A stretch of DNA of 35,918 nt from Chiloscyllium plagiosum (GCF_004010195.1 NC_057718.1:79788514-79824431); one strand, 5' to 3'. Shown: positions 21,333 to 33,840, counted from the stretch's first letter. Numbers and translations are program-made. Notes: generated by a model from the letters alone, not told the origin.

Positions 21333-22554
21333 ATGAGTGAAGGTGAGAATCTGCTGACTTAGGAATTTTCAAAACATAGACCTTTCACCAGACGCTGGGG
21401 AGACATGAGCCCCAGCCTCTATTCCTGCTCTCCTCTGCCTTGCTGTGCCCAATGATGTCAGCAGCGCAGACACATCCTGCAGGTTGTCACATCAAGCTGA
21501 TATCACAGACTGTATCTGGCCATGTGCAGGGGCCATTTTGACATTTTAGGTAATCATTCCAGGGCACAACCATTCAAAGCACCTCTGGTGCAGCAGAGTA
21601 ATATTAGCCAGAATTTCCAAGCCTAATCTCTATTCAGTAAACAATTAGTGAGGATTGGCTGAGTTGTGATGACCTATCCAGTAAAATGGTTTTCTGAAGT
21701 TCACTCAGGCGGATGTAACCCATTGAAACTGGCATTAATGGTGTGGGTGTTGAGAGGTGCAATGGCCTCAAATTGGGTGAAGGGGGTAGACATCACCTCA
21801 TTCAACAGTCACCCTGCTGACACTTTCACAAATATAACACAGGGTAACTGAAATCCTCTTCCATGCCACAGCAGACCTCTTTTAAAATGAATATTGTGGT
21901 GCCATGACATCGATAGAACCTCAAGTTGCCATGATATGAACGAATGGATCAGACTGCGCACCAGGATATTGATGCTTATAGAAAGTGGGTCTATCAGTCT
22001 TAAACGATTCCTTGATTAAATTATTAAATTATGAATCACACAAAGTTGACATACAGACAAATCTAACAATTGGGAAAATAAATATTATGCGTAATTTACT
22101 GTCCCATCACCAGAGTGGGCTGGGAGGTGGTTAGGGCCGTATGATTTAGAAGGAAGGGCCCGTGAAAATAACATGACCCTTTTGCAATGCCCTCCAAATT
22201 AAATCTGGAATCGAGAAAGTTGAGGTCCTCCCCACCTGTAAGCTGTTTTGGATGTCCAACTCTACTCTTTGGTCCTGGGCTCCCACAGTCCTGTCAGCAG
22301 CCACCACTCCCATCTGGTTCTGTTGAAACTGTACATGTGTCAATCTCTGGTAGACCAGTAGCTTATAGAGGTGGGATGTCTACCTTGCAAGCATCAGGAA
22401 CCCAGATATTGACTAGACAGATGTATGATTAGTTTTTAATTGCAACAGAGCACCTGGAAATAGCTGCAGTGTGGCTGCCACTGGTTCTCCAGATGGTGCA
22501 TGGGCCCACCACCACTATCATTAAATCTAGACCATTATGTTATCCTTTATGACA

Positions 22555-22745
22555 AAAAGATTGGAGTCCAAGAGTAAAAATGTCAGACAGCAACACTATG
22601 TGGCCTTGGTGAGAATAACAACAGGAGTTGGACTCCTTCCCGAAGGAATGATATACTTGTCTTCAAAGATGCCCAACAAATAATCACTAGGCCCTACTTC
22701 CTAAGGTGAGGGGATTGTTCTATGAGCAGCAATTCAGCAGTCTTG
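22555..22745 (+). mobile_element. Very old CR1 fragment
   Basis: Degenerate 'LE.KSK.V..Q.Y.ALVR' and 'GL.YE' codon patterns. Confidence 0.5.
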
Positions 22746-23829
22746 AGAATACATTTATCTTGAGGTGAATGAAATCTGTGCCTCATGAACCAGAATCACT
22801 AAATTATCCATAAGATAACCTTTATTATCCAGGCTCCCTATTTGATACCAACTTAATCCTTCAGTTGCTGCATTTTATACTTGTCAGCTTCACTGGTTGA
22901 CTGACAAACAGAGGATACTTAAATATTTACAGAGGTGTCCTATGAATTCTTAGAACACAATTGATAGCATAGGGATGATGCTACACCATTATATTTGCCT
23001 TCAAAAATTTAACAGAGGAAAACAAACAGGAAAGGACACTGGTACCTAATGAGGTACAAGATACAGTGAGGTGTCAGCTAGAGTTATTAGCTCAATGCAA
23101 AGCTGTCTTTTACTGCATTTTTTGTCAGAAATTTTCAGAAGCTACTTAGACAAGAGAGAGGCAGACAACATAACAGTTTAATGATCTTGCTGCCTTTCTG
23201 GTCTATAACTGCCATCCATTGATATGTACAGAATAATAATCTTTCGCTCAATGTAGCAAATTCAAACAGTTCAATCCATAAATCCTACATTCTTGCTTAT
23301 GATTATAAAGTCCGTGATTATTATTATATATACCTATTATTTTGACAGCCTTACTGTACCTGCTGTAGTGACAGGCAACCTTACTTTATTACTAGAAAAT
23401 AATAAAAAACCTGAGCAGAATTGAAGGAAAAAGAAGTAAACATATCAGTCAGCGTACTCCTCTTGACTAATTGTTCAAAATCTGTCCATAATATTAACAT
23501 TTTCTTTCAATCTAGACATCAACTCCATAATACTCCATTCCAGTCAGTTAGGATCTGCCTGTATACACACTGAATGCCCTAAAAACACCAGTTAAGCAAA
23601 AGCAAGAAAGTCCAGAAAATAAGTTACATTCAATCACCAGGCCAGGGATTCGATTTAATGGCAACTCAGAAGTTTGCCTGGGTGCTCCTCCATTGGTGCA
23701 CATTCAGTGGAGCAGAACTCCTGTCCACCCTCGCCTGAATTCATTGACCCCTAAAAAGTATAAGAACAGGATCATTTTCACAACTACGGTAGGACGTCAG
23801 TAGCTGCAAATTCCCTTCCCAGGAAACAC

Positions 23830-24070
23830 TGGATGACTTGACAGGTGTCATAATTAGATAAATGTAGAAAAGATATTTCTACTTTAGAATGAGTCCAAAG
23901 CTAAAAGGTGTTAAAAAAGGTAGTTACCACATCAATCAAAACTTTGGGAGTAGTCATGCAGAAAATGTTACATTAAATAGTGTTGCAAAAGTCTCAAATA
24001 GAGTGAAAACCTGATATAGACCATGGGTTGATGGTCTGCTTCTGTTGTTATAAGTTTTGTAATCCTGTGT
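23830..24070 (+). mobile_element. Very old CR1 3' fragment
   Basis: Degenerate 'VEKIF.L..ESK' region and a ggtctgcttctgttgttataagttttgtaatcctgtg tail. Confidence 0.5.
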
Positions 24071-24149
24071 GAATGGATTTAGCTAAGAAGCAAGTCATTC
24101 TCCCTCCTCAAAAAGAAACGGTTGTTTGGGGCCTTTTGAAACACTTCAA

Positions 24150-25536
24150 CATAAAGGGTTAACTCTTCAGCATGTGGTTAGGAAGCTGTGTCAATGAGAG
24201 ACCACAGATGACATGATGATGGAAAGACCCTGAAGACAGAAGCAACAGTCCAGACCTAATGTGTAGCCAGAATGTACATAGTTAATCTTAGGAGCCACTG
24301 GAAATGAGCCACACAGCATGGTGGCTAATCATTTTGGGATCATTGGAAGACATGGTCTCCAAGTGCAGTACACTGTTGCACAAATCGACAAGAGCAGCAG
24401 GAGCCACTGCTGGCATCTTTATTTCAGTCTTGATCATGTGACTATTTTGAAACGGTCATGCTTGAATTCAGAAAAAAAATCCTCATTGTAGTAGACTACT
24501 GTTCTCACTGGTGGAAGCAATTACATAGGCTCACTCTGAAGCCATCATTGTCTGCCTAAAAGAGATAGGCATCCTGTACATCATTATATTGGGTAACAAG
24601 CCAAAGTTGCAAGTAAGTTATTAAAGTCCTTTGTGGAATCATATAGGTTTGTTCATATAACAGGCTCGCCAAGGTACCCTCATACCACTGAGAGACTGAA
24701 AAGTACAAACAATCAAAGCTCCATGCCATTGAAAAATGGTTTAACCTCTGTGTAAGCTTCTGAGGGGCTAAAATTGAGGACTCTGTCTTTTTTCACACAC
24801 GCATTGAGGCCAAGTGTCACTGTAGATGATTGTGAATGGTTAACACTACAGCAGGAAGAGTATTGAACAGGCTAGGTCCACATATTTGGCCAATTCAATT
24901 GAGCTTGTTGCCTGCTTGAACTCGAAGCTGAAAAGGGGCTGAGGATCACAAATAAAAAGTCAAGGAAGTGTAGTCATCAAAAAGACACAGCAACCAAGGC
25001 CCACTCCTTTTGAAATAGAGAATGCTATCATTGGATTAAACAGGGGTACATTGATCTAATTGAAAAGAAAACGAAATCGCAGGATGGACTAACAATCCAA
25101 ATATCCAAGAGGAGAATTTTACTAAAGATGTGACATTCGGTGAATGAGAAACCTAAAATGGCAAGTGTGGACTCTGAGAATGTAGATCCTCAACACCTTC
25201 AATGTGATCAGGAAATCGGTGTAACCACCACCCTTTGAAACAATGGCTTTTCGGGAGATGCAGGACATATATATCGTAAAGAGACAATACCATGGGGGAA
25301 ATGTAAAGAGTTAACTCTTAAAATATATAAGGAAGCTCTGTCAATGAAAATACTGATCAAATGTTGATGGCGAGACCATAATGAAACAACTAACAGGCTA
25401 GACCTCATGCTTAGCCAGAATATACATAGCTAATATGATGGAAGCAAAGATTTACTTTCAAAAGTCTTCTGATTCATAACATCTCTTTCAAAGGGTTGTG
25501 TATCCCATATATCCTCTAATACTCCACATGACAACA
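24150..25536 (+). mobile_element. Old Gypsy/Ty3 LTR retrotransposon remnant: LTR piece, integrase, PPT, LTR
   Basis: Frameshifted translation gives WW...LEDMVSKC..C.NRQEQQEPLL, LIVVDY (from 24482), FVHITGSPRYP and PLKNGL...KLRT. Purine tract gggggaaa (25294-25301) is followed by TGTAAAGAGTTAA. 24150-24290 is a degenerate copy of 25302-25440. The LTR 3' end (..acaaca 25536) is tentative. Confidence 0.78.
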
Positions 25537-25582
25537 GTAGATTTAGGCCAATCAGATGATGCCTCATAAGAAAGTACAAGGG

Positions 25583-26826
25583 TAGAGTCATAGAGTCATA
25601 CAGCATAGAAACAGATTTTGGTCCAATCAGTCCACGCCTACCTTATTCCCAAACTAAACTAGTTCCACCTGCCTGTGCTTGACCCATATCCCTTCAAGCA
25701 TATATTATTCAAGAACTTATCCAAATGTCTTTTAAATATTGTAACTACACTTGTATCCACCACTTTATCTGGCAGTTCATTCCACACACGAGCCATTCTC
25801 CGTGCAAAAAGGTTGTTCTTCCTGTCCTTTTTAAAGCTTTGCCCACTCACTTTGAAAATATGCCACTTTATTTTGAACTCTCCCACCCTAGTGAAAGACC
25901 CTTGTCATTCACCTTATCTAGGCCCCTCATGATTTTATAAATCTCAATAATCCTGTGCTCCAGTGAAAAAAGTCCCAGGCTAGCACGGTGGCTCAGTGGT
26001 TAGCACTGCTGTCTCACAGTGCTAAGGACGTGGGTTTAATTCCAGCCTCGGGTGACTGTCTGTGTGGAGTTTGCACATTCTCTTCTTCTCTGCGTGGATC
26101 TCCTCTGGGTGCTCTGGTTTCCTCCCATAATCCAAAAGACATGCAGGTTAGGTGAACTGCCATGCTAAATCGTGTTCAGGGATGTGTTAGCTAGTGAGTC
26201 CCGTACTAGTTAGGGGTAAATGTAGGGTAGGGGAATGTTCTAGGTGGGATACTCTTCAGAGGCTAGGTGTGGAGTTGTTAGGCCAAATAGCCTGTCTCTG
26301 CACTGTAGGGAATTCTATGATTCTTTCCCATCTATCTACATATGTCAAAACTTCATTCCCGGCAACATCCTTGAAAATCTTTTCCAAACCCTCTCAAGTT
26401 TAGTAATATCCTTCCTACAACTGGGAAACCAAAACTGCACACAGTACCCCACAAGAGGCTTCACCAACATCCTGTACAACTTTAACATGATCTCCCAACT
26501 CCTAAACTCAAAGGTCTGAGTAATGAAGGCAAGTGTGCCAAACATCTTCTTAACCGTCCTGACTACCCATGATGTAAATTTTAAAGAATTATGTACCCAA
26601 ACCTTTAGTTCTCTCTGTTCTACAACACTCTCAGGGCCTTACCATTAAATTGTGAAGATCCTGTCCTTATCTGTATTACCAAATGCCATACCTCACATTT
26701 ATCGATATTAAACTCCATTTGCCACTCCTCAGCCTATTCACCCAATTGGCTTTGTAACCTTAGGTAATCTTCTTCCTGAGCATTATACCATCAAATTTGG
26801 TGTCATCTGCAAACTTATTAACCATG
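25583..26826 (-). mobile_element. 5'-truncated CR1 LINE, interrupted by a SINE
   Basis: tagagtcatagagtcatacag tail. ORFs 25659-25886 (VWNELPDKVV) and 26345-26545 (YCVQFWFPS..KDITKLERV), with FADD near 26810. Confidence 0.94.
25977..26323 (+). mobile_element. HE1-type SINE nested in CR1, opposite orientation
   Basis: GCACGGTGGCTCAGTGGTTAGC head, V-domain, and gggaattctatgattct tail. Confidence 0.92.
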
Positions 26827-26983
26827 CTGTAACCAGGTAAGGTTCTTAAATGTATGAAACAGGACCAGAGAAAATCACCCACATCAACAATTATTTCAGA
26901 TAAAGAAAGGCTGCCGAGAACAAAACAGCTTGAACTCTAATTCATTTCCTGATTCCTGCCATAGTTGGCTGATATCCCTACCG

Positions 26984-28428
26984 CTTCCTTCAGAACAAAG
27001 GGGTACCCATGGGCACCCCATTAGTCTCAGCTATGTCTGCCTTTTCTTCTGGTACGTGTAATAGTCCATCTTCAGTAGTTACATTGGCATCATTCCCCAC
27101 CGTTTCCTCAGCTACATTGATGACTGTATCAGCACCACCTCCTGCTCTCACGAGGAGGATGGATAGTTCATCAACTTTACGAACACCTTAAACCCTGGCC
27201 TCAAGTTTACCTGGACCATCTCCCCTTCCTGGAGCTCTCCATCTTCATTTTTGGCAACCAACTCAACATGGGCATCTACTGCAAACCCAATTACTCTCAC
27301 AGCTACCTTGACTACAGCTCCACCCACCCCGCCTCTTGTATCCCATACTCCAATTCCTCCGCCTCTGCCACATCTGTTCCCAGGAGAAGCAATTCTACTC
27401 GAGAACATCCCAGATGGCATCCTACTTCAAGGACCACAACTTCCCCTCCCATGTGGTCAACAATGCCCTCCAGTGCATCTCCTCCACCCTTGAACCCCAC
27501 CCCTCCAACCGCAACAAGGATAGAGCCCCCGGGTCCTTACTCTCCATCCCACCAATCTCCGGATACAATGCAACATCCCCTGTCATTTCCTCCACCTATA
27601 GGCAGACCCCACCACCAAAAGTATATTTCTTTCCCCATCTTATCAGAATTCTGCAGAGACCATTCCCTCCGCAACTCCCTTGTTAGGTCCACGCCCCCCA
27701 CGAACCCACCCTCCACTCCCAGCACCTTCCCTTGCTGCCTGCATCCATACCTCCGCTCTCACCTCCATCCAAGGCCCCAAAGGATCCTATCACATCTGGC
27801 AGAGATTTTCCTGCATATCCCAACACCTCATCTACTGTGTCCGTGCTCTCAAAGTGGTCTCCTCGACATTGGGGAGACAGGACGCCAAATTGCGAACATC
27901 TCTGGGACACACACCCCAAATAACCCCACCTCCCTGTGGTTGACCACTTCAACTCCCCCTCCTACTCCACCAAGGACATGCAAGTTGTGGGCCCCCTCCA
28001 TTGCCAAATCCTAGTCACCTGATGCCTGGAGGAAGAATGCCTTACGTTCCGCTTTGGGACCCTTCAACCACATGGCATCAACATCGACTTCACTAGTTTC
28101 CTAATCTTCCCCCCTCCCCACCTTATGCCAGATCCAACCCTCCAACTTGATCCACCCTCTTGGCTTGTCCTACCTATCCATGTTCCTTCCCAACTATCTG
28201 CTCCACCCTCTGGTCCGACCTAGCATCATCACCCCTACCCGCATCCACCTATTGCCTTCAAAGCTACGGTCCACCCAGCTCCACTCCCTCCTATTTATCT
28301 GTCAGCCTCTTTGGGCTCCCCCCACATTCCTGATGAAGGGTTATGCCCAAAACATCAATTCTCCTGCTCCTCGGATGCTGCTTGACCCTCTGTGCTTTTC
28401 CAGCACCACACTTTTTGACACTGATATC
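26984..28428 (+). mobile_element. Penelope-like retroelement, 5'-truncated and frameshifted (RT C-terminal part, GIY-YIG endonuclease, 3' end)
   Basis: KGVPMGTP (~27000), YIDD (27113-27124), LKFTWTI, IYCKPNYSHSYLDYSSTHP and QFLRLCHICS motifs. GIY-YIG region LIYCVR...DIGETGR (27830-27885) and C-terminal GTLQPHGINIDF. A decayed hammerhead core lies at ~28330-28356. Confidence 0.93.
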
Positions 28429-28519
28429 CCTACTCTCCATCCATGAAATGAGCCACAATTTTATTGTTGCTGCTCTACCTGTTGGACATTTCCAGCACTT
28501 TTTAGAAAAGGTTTCAGAT

Positions 28520-28885
28520 TTACATTACCTGCAGTATTTTACTTTTGTAGATGTGGAGAAAATATTTCCACTTGTGACAGATCCCAAAATTAAAAACCAC
28601 AAGTACAAGAAAGTTACTAATAAATTCAACAGGGAAATAAGAAGAAATTACTTTCATTAGTAATTAGTCTCTACCATAGGAATTAGTTGAGGAAAATATC
28701 TCAGAGGCTTTCAAAAGGAAACTAAACAAGTATATGGGTGAAAATGGGATAAGCAATACTAAGTTATGTAGAGAGGCTGTGATGAGATAAATAAAGAGAT
28801 AAATAGACTTGTGCAGAGTATAAACCCAGCACTGAAATTTTGGGCTGAATGACCTATTTCTGTGCTGTGTATTCTATGTGGTTCT
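28520..28885 (+). mobile_element. Old CR1 3' fragment
   Basis: VDVEKIFPLV...HKYKKVTNKFNREIRRNYF motif, and a gggctgaatgacctatttctgtgctgt..ttctatg tail. Confidence 0.8.
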
Positions 28886-29362
28886 ATTTATTTTGTAGGT
28901 TATGGGAAAAGAGTAGAGGAACAAGACTAACTGGACAGATTTTCGCAAAGTGCTGTCATGGATGCAGTAAGCTAAATAGCAGCCTCCTGCACTATGAGAG
29001 TCAAGGAGCTACAAAGATTTTCACTTTGTCTAAATAATGCAATACGAATGGATTGACAGTAATTACACCCTACAGGAATGTCACATTTCAACACATGAAC
29101 TGACAGCCTTAGCCAAGTGATTTGGAGAGGTGATGAGTTGCTTTTCCAACAATGAGGCACATGCGTAGAATCAGAGGTAACGGTATTACAGCTGAATAAA
29201 GGCATCTACAGAGGCATGAGGGAGAAGCTGGGTAAAACTGACTGGGAAAGGAGCCTAGCAGGAAAAACAGTGGAACAAGAATGGCAAGAGTTTCTAGGAG
29301 TAATTCAGGAGACAGCAGAGATTCATCCCGATGAAAAGGAAGCATGGTACAAGGAGAATGAG

Positions 29363-29466
29363 CTGAAAATGTGTTGCTGGAAAAGCGCAACAGGTCAGGC
29401 AGCATCCAAGGAGCGGGAGAATCGACATTTCGGGCATGAGCCCTTCTTCAGGAATTTCCAGCTTTC
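29363..29466 (-). mobile_element. 104-bp Penelope end-fragment inserted in CR1 with a 13-bp TSD
   Basis: CAAGGAGAATGAG occurs at 29350-29362 and 29467-29479. The insert matches the Penelope 3' end at 28330-28420 in reverse. Confidence 0.9.
29424..29451 (-). ncRNA. Minimal hammerhead ribozyme motif
   Basis: CUGAAGA-A-GGGC-UCAU-GCCC-GAAA-UGUC, with both conserved core boxes and a perfect 4-bp helix II. Activity is not demonstrated. Confidence 0.65.
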
Positions 29467-30837
29467 CAAGGAGAATGAGGCAACCATGGCTGACTAGTGA
29501 AATCAGGGATGGTATAAAAACAAAAGAGAAAGCAGATAATGTGGTGAAGGACAGTGGGAAACCAGAGGACTGGGAAGCTTACAAAGACCAACAGATGGCA
29601 ACAAACAAAGAAATAAGGAGGGAGATTAAATATGATGGTAAGCTAGCCAGTAATATAAAGAAAGACTGTAAATGTTTTTTAAGATACATAAAGGGCAAAA
29701 GAGAGGCAAAAGTGGACATTGGGCCGTTGAAAAATTATGCTGGAGAGATAGTAGTGGGGAACAAGGAAATGGCTGAGGAACTGAACAATGACTTTCCGTC
29801 AGTCTTCATGGTGGAAGATACAAACGTTCAAGAGGGTGAGGGGGCAGAGCTGAGATTGGTGGTCACCACCAAGGAGAAGGTGCTAGAAAAACAGAATGGC
29901 CTGATGGTGGATAAATCACCTAGACTAGATGGACTACACCCCAGAATTCTAAGGGAGATTGCTGAAGACAAAGTGGAGGTGTTAATTGTGATCTTTCAGG
30001 AATAACTAGAATCAGAGAGGATCCCAGAGGACTGGAAAATCGCTAACGTGACACCCCTGTTTAAAATAGGAGGAAGACAAAAGATGGAAAATTACAGACC
30101 AATTAGCCTAACCTCGGGTGTGGGCAAGATCCTGGAATCCACTGTGAAAGATGAGATTTCTGAATATTTGGAAGTGTGTGGTAAAATAGGGCAAAGTCAG
30201 CATGGTTTCATCAAGAAGAGATCATGCCTGATAAATCTGCTAGAATTCTTTGAGGTAGTAATGAGCAGGTTAGACCAAGGTGAGCCAATGGATGTTGTCA
30301 ACCTGGTCTTCAAGAAGGCCTTTGACAAGGTGCTGCACAGGAGGCTACTGAGTAAGAAAAGGGCCCATGGTGTCAGAGTAAAGGCACCAACATGAATAGA
30401 AGCTTGGCTGTCTGGCAGGAAGCAGAGAGTGGGGATAAAAGGATCCTTCCCAGGATGGCAGCTGGTGACAAGTGGTGTTCTGCAAGGCTCAGTGTGGGGA
30501 CCACAACTTTTCACTTTATGCATTAATGATCGAGGTGAAGAGACTGAAGGCACTCTGGCTAAGTTTGCAGATGAAACAAAGATAGATCGAGGGACAGGTA
30601 GCATTGAAGAGGCGGGGAGGCTGCAGAAGGATCTGGACATGCTAGGAGAGTGGGCAAAGAGGTAGCAGATGGAGTACAACGTGGGAAAGTGTGAGGTCAT
30701 GCACTTTGAAGGAAGAATAGAGGCATGGACTATTTTCAAAATGTGAAGAAAATTCTGAAGTCTGACGTGTAAAGAGACTTCGGAATTCTACTCCAGGATT
30801 CTCTCAAGGTAAACTTGCAAGTTGAGTCAGTAGTTAG

Positions 30838-31592
30838 TGTTACAACACAGAGTTAAACCCTTCTGTTAATTAAATCAAACACCCAGAAAAGCTCACCTCA
30901 CCATAATCTGTTAAAATATGAGTGACAGAGAATTCCCAAATTCCACTATTAAAGAAAAAATATTAATTTATTCTTTAACTCTAAAAGTGAACATTAAACA
31001 ACAACTATTTATAACTCTAAGCCCCCTTTCTCTTAACTGCTTATTATCTGCCTCCAACTCTAACAACATATGGTTCCAGTTTAAAAAAGGTTATTAAAAT
31101 TACATCAACTTAATTTCAAAACCACACAGTGGCTGTCATCACTGGTGTCCTTCCTCTTTAGGCTGAAGATCTCTCTCTGGGTCGTTTCTGTCTTCTCATG
31201 TTTCATATGAGAAAGGTATCTTTGATACAGAGTGTTTTAAAGGGCTGTCTCTCTCCAGATGACAGTTCATTCTCTGTCTAACTTTCAAAATGTCTGCTTC
31301 TTTATACCGGAAACACTTGATTGTCTCATTGGTTTGAGGTTGGCAAAAACAATAAATTCAAACTTGATTGGGTTTTAGTATCCTGGGGCATAGTTTAAAC
31401 TGATTGGTTAGATTTGAATTGTTGTCAAAACAACTCAGGTATCTATTTCACAGGCAAATGTTACATATTGTCAATTTTCCAGTACATGCTGAGACTGGTA
31501 GCTAGTCATATAACAGGTGCTTGTAAGCTCTCAGTGTAAAACAGCATTCACTCTGTCTTAAAGGTACAGTATATGCCTTCAACTTCATAACA
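30838..31592 (-). mobile_element. Solo LTR, 755 bp, with 4-bp TSD
   Basis: TGTTA...TAACA termini with TTAG at 30834-30837 and 31593-31596, splitting CR1 sequence cleanly. The minus strand carries three CCAAT (31328-31407), TATAAA (31301-31306) and AATAAA (30967-30972) in U3-R-U5 order. Confidence 0.92.
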
Positions 31593-32449
31593 TTAGGAAG
31601 GCAAGAGAAATTATTCCATTTATATTGAGAGGACTTGGATATAAAAGCAGGGATATGCTTCTGAGGCTCTATAAAGCTCTGGTCAGGCCACATTTGGAGT
31701 ATTGTGCTCAGTTTTGGGCCCCATTTCTCAGGAAGATGTACTGGCCCTTGAGTGTGTTCAAAATAGGGTCATGAGAATGGTCTCAGGAATGAAAAGCTTA
31801 ACATATGAGGAATGTTTGAGGAGCCTAGGTCATACCCGATAGAGTTTAGAAGGATGAGGAGGAATCTAATTGAAACTTGCAGAATACTGAATGGCCTGGA
31901 CAGAGTGGAAGTTGGGAGGATGTTTCCATTGGTAAGAAAGACTAGGACTCGAGGGCACAACCTTAGAGTAAAGGGAAGACCTTTCAGAATAGACATAAGG
32001 AGAAACTTCTTCAGTCAGAGAATGATGAATCTATGAGATTCACTGCCACAGAAGACTGTGGAGACCAGGTCATTGAGTATAATTAAGATTGAGATAGATA
32101 GGTTCTTGATTGTCAAGGGGATCAAGCGTTATAGGGAGAAGGCGGGAGAATAGGGATGAGAAACTTATCAGCCATGAATGAATGGCAGAACAGACTTGAT
32201 GGGCCAAATGGCCTAATTTCTGCTCCTAGGTCTTATGGTGCAAGAAGTCATACCTTAGAATAAGGATCACTCTTGCTCATGGCAAGAACCCGCATGTGTA
32301 ATCTTTCAACATAGGGAAGCTGCAGTTACCTCACGGTTCCAGCTCATCTAGAAATTACTCTGCTCTTATCACTGCAGCAGGAATATCAGAAGGATTAATA
32401 GATTGATAGTCAATCTGTCTTGACTGCAATATGACACATCTTCCATAGG

Positions 32450-32527
32450 CATCAAGTCGTGAGGTGGGACTTGAACCCACTGCTTTTGGTGCAGAGATAG
32501 GCCCACTGCCATCTGCCACAAGACCTT
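32450..32527 (-). mobile_element. tRNA-derived SINE head fragment
   Basis: The minus strand has a TGGCAGATGGCAGTGG A-box-like sequence and a GGGTTCAAGTCCC B-box. Confidence 0.6.
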
Positions 32528-32544
32528 CTCATATAATGAGGAAG

Positions 32545-32895
32545 TAAAGAGAGATTTAATTGAGGAGTATAAGTGATATTCTTGACCATGTTTAAAAGAC
32601 TTGATAGAGTAGGTAGGGAGAAACTGTTTCTTCTGGTGTGGCAATTAAGGTCAAAGAGAATAAGCTTCAAATTAAAGCTAGGGTATTCAGTAAAGATATC
32701 ATGAAACATTTCTTCTACAATTATTGGAAATCTGTATCTCCCATTGCCAAAAAGCTGTTGAGGCTAAATCAAAGATATCAATACTGAGATTGATAAGTAA
32801 GGGTTTTCAAGAACAGTAAACAAAGGTGACAAAATGGAGCTGAAACACAGCAGGAGCTCGAGAGGCTGAGGACCAGCATTGATGAGTATTCTATG
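32545..32895 (+). mobile_element. Old CR1 3' fragment
   Basis: Degenerate RDLIEEYK and DRVGREKLFLLV motifs, with an attctatg tail. Confidence 0.7.
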
Positions 32896-33428
32896 AGCCT
32901 AGATTACGCAATAAGAGATGGAATTGCCAATTAAATAACAATCAACCATTTAAAAAAAACCCTGAAAAAGTGTATGGAACCTTCCTGTTTTCAAATAAAT
33001 TTAGTATATTGTTTAAAACATGGAGAATATTTAACTTTAAAATTGAAAGATATTTTCATACATTTGACTGCAGAATTCTGCTAAGGATATTCATATATGA
33101 TTTATTAAAACACAAACACACAGCAAGTGTAACCTCATTACTGTAACTGTCAGCTGCTGACAGATTTAATCTTGTTGCCAAGTACCACTGAAGAATGTTT
33201 TGATTAAAACTGTTATAATTGCACAATGACATTAAGCAAGATTTTTAAGGGCCGTATTTTCTTCTGTACATTGAATTTGGGAAAGTAGATGCAGCCATTA
33301 GTAAAGAAATGAATAGAAAGTAGTAATGGGCTTTGGTACTGCCTTCTTGTGTCTTCTATTAAAAAATACCTTACAGAAGTAAACTTTTCCAAACACATGA
33401 CTGTTGGCCATTTCTTAGTTTTGTTTTG

Positions 33429-33614
33429 TGTTGCCATAGTCTTATCAGACCATAGAGCTGATCACTCATTCGAGAGAGGGAGATGACTGGTGGTGATTTA
33501 ACCTCAGGCAAGGGGAGAGGTTGAAAAGGAGAGTCTTTCATGGCAACCTCAACTGGTGATGGGAATTGAACCCATACTATTAGCATACCAACCGTGCAGG
33601 CAACTGAGCTAAAC
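33429..33614 (-). mobile_element. Second SINE family, copy 3
   Basis: The reverse complement aligns by eye with 8612-8838 (GGGTTCAATTCCC B box, ttcaacctctcccct, gactatggcaac end). Confidence 0.82.
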
Positions 33615-33639
33615 TGTTTCCCATTCCTTAGTGTAAAAG

Positions 33640-33840
33640 AGGAAGTACAATAAGAACAGTAAATGGCATCGGGGTGACAAAGGAATGGAATGGGGACTTC
33701 AGATACAGATAGGCTGAAGTAGGAGTGCAGGAAGGATTATGTAATGGAGGTGGAGTTTGTGATGGATTCTGGCCTTGGAAACTCAGCTCAAGTTAAAACA
33801 AGAATACTGAGGTTGCAAGAACAAAGTGGTTTAAGTCCAG
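33640..33840 (-). mobile_element. Old L2 fragment
   Basis: Degenerate homology to 1420-1590 (ggtgacaaaggaatgga..ttcag, tgaggttgc). Confidence 0.45.

Larger units (their letters stand above)
29166..32239 (+). mobile_element. Long CR1 LINE ORF2 pseudogene (linker, RT, 3' UTR) with two nested insertions
   Basis: ORFs 29436-30005 (PWLT..KSPRLDGLHPRILRE), 30048-30395 (NYRPISLTS, QHGF..RSCL, KAFDKV), 30429-30665 (QGSVWGP, FADETK) and 31812-32036 (TRTRGHNL). Multiple stops and frameshifts. Confidence 0.97.

Noticed and set aside
21340..23820. GC-richer patches that may be ancient MITE remnants
   Set aside because: No TIR pair or TSD could be demonstrated by eye.
27268..28014. Longest ORF (248 aa, Pro/Thr/Ser-rich) as a mucin-like gene
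   Set aside because: It is a frameshifted path through the C-rich Penelope copy; only its ends are in the RT and GIY-YIG frames.
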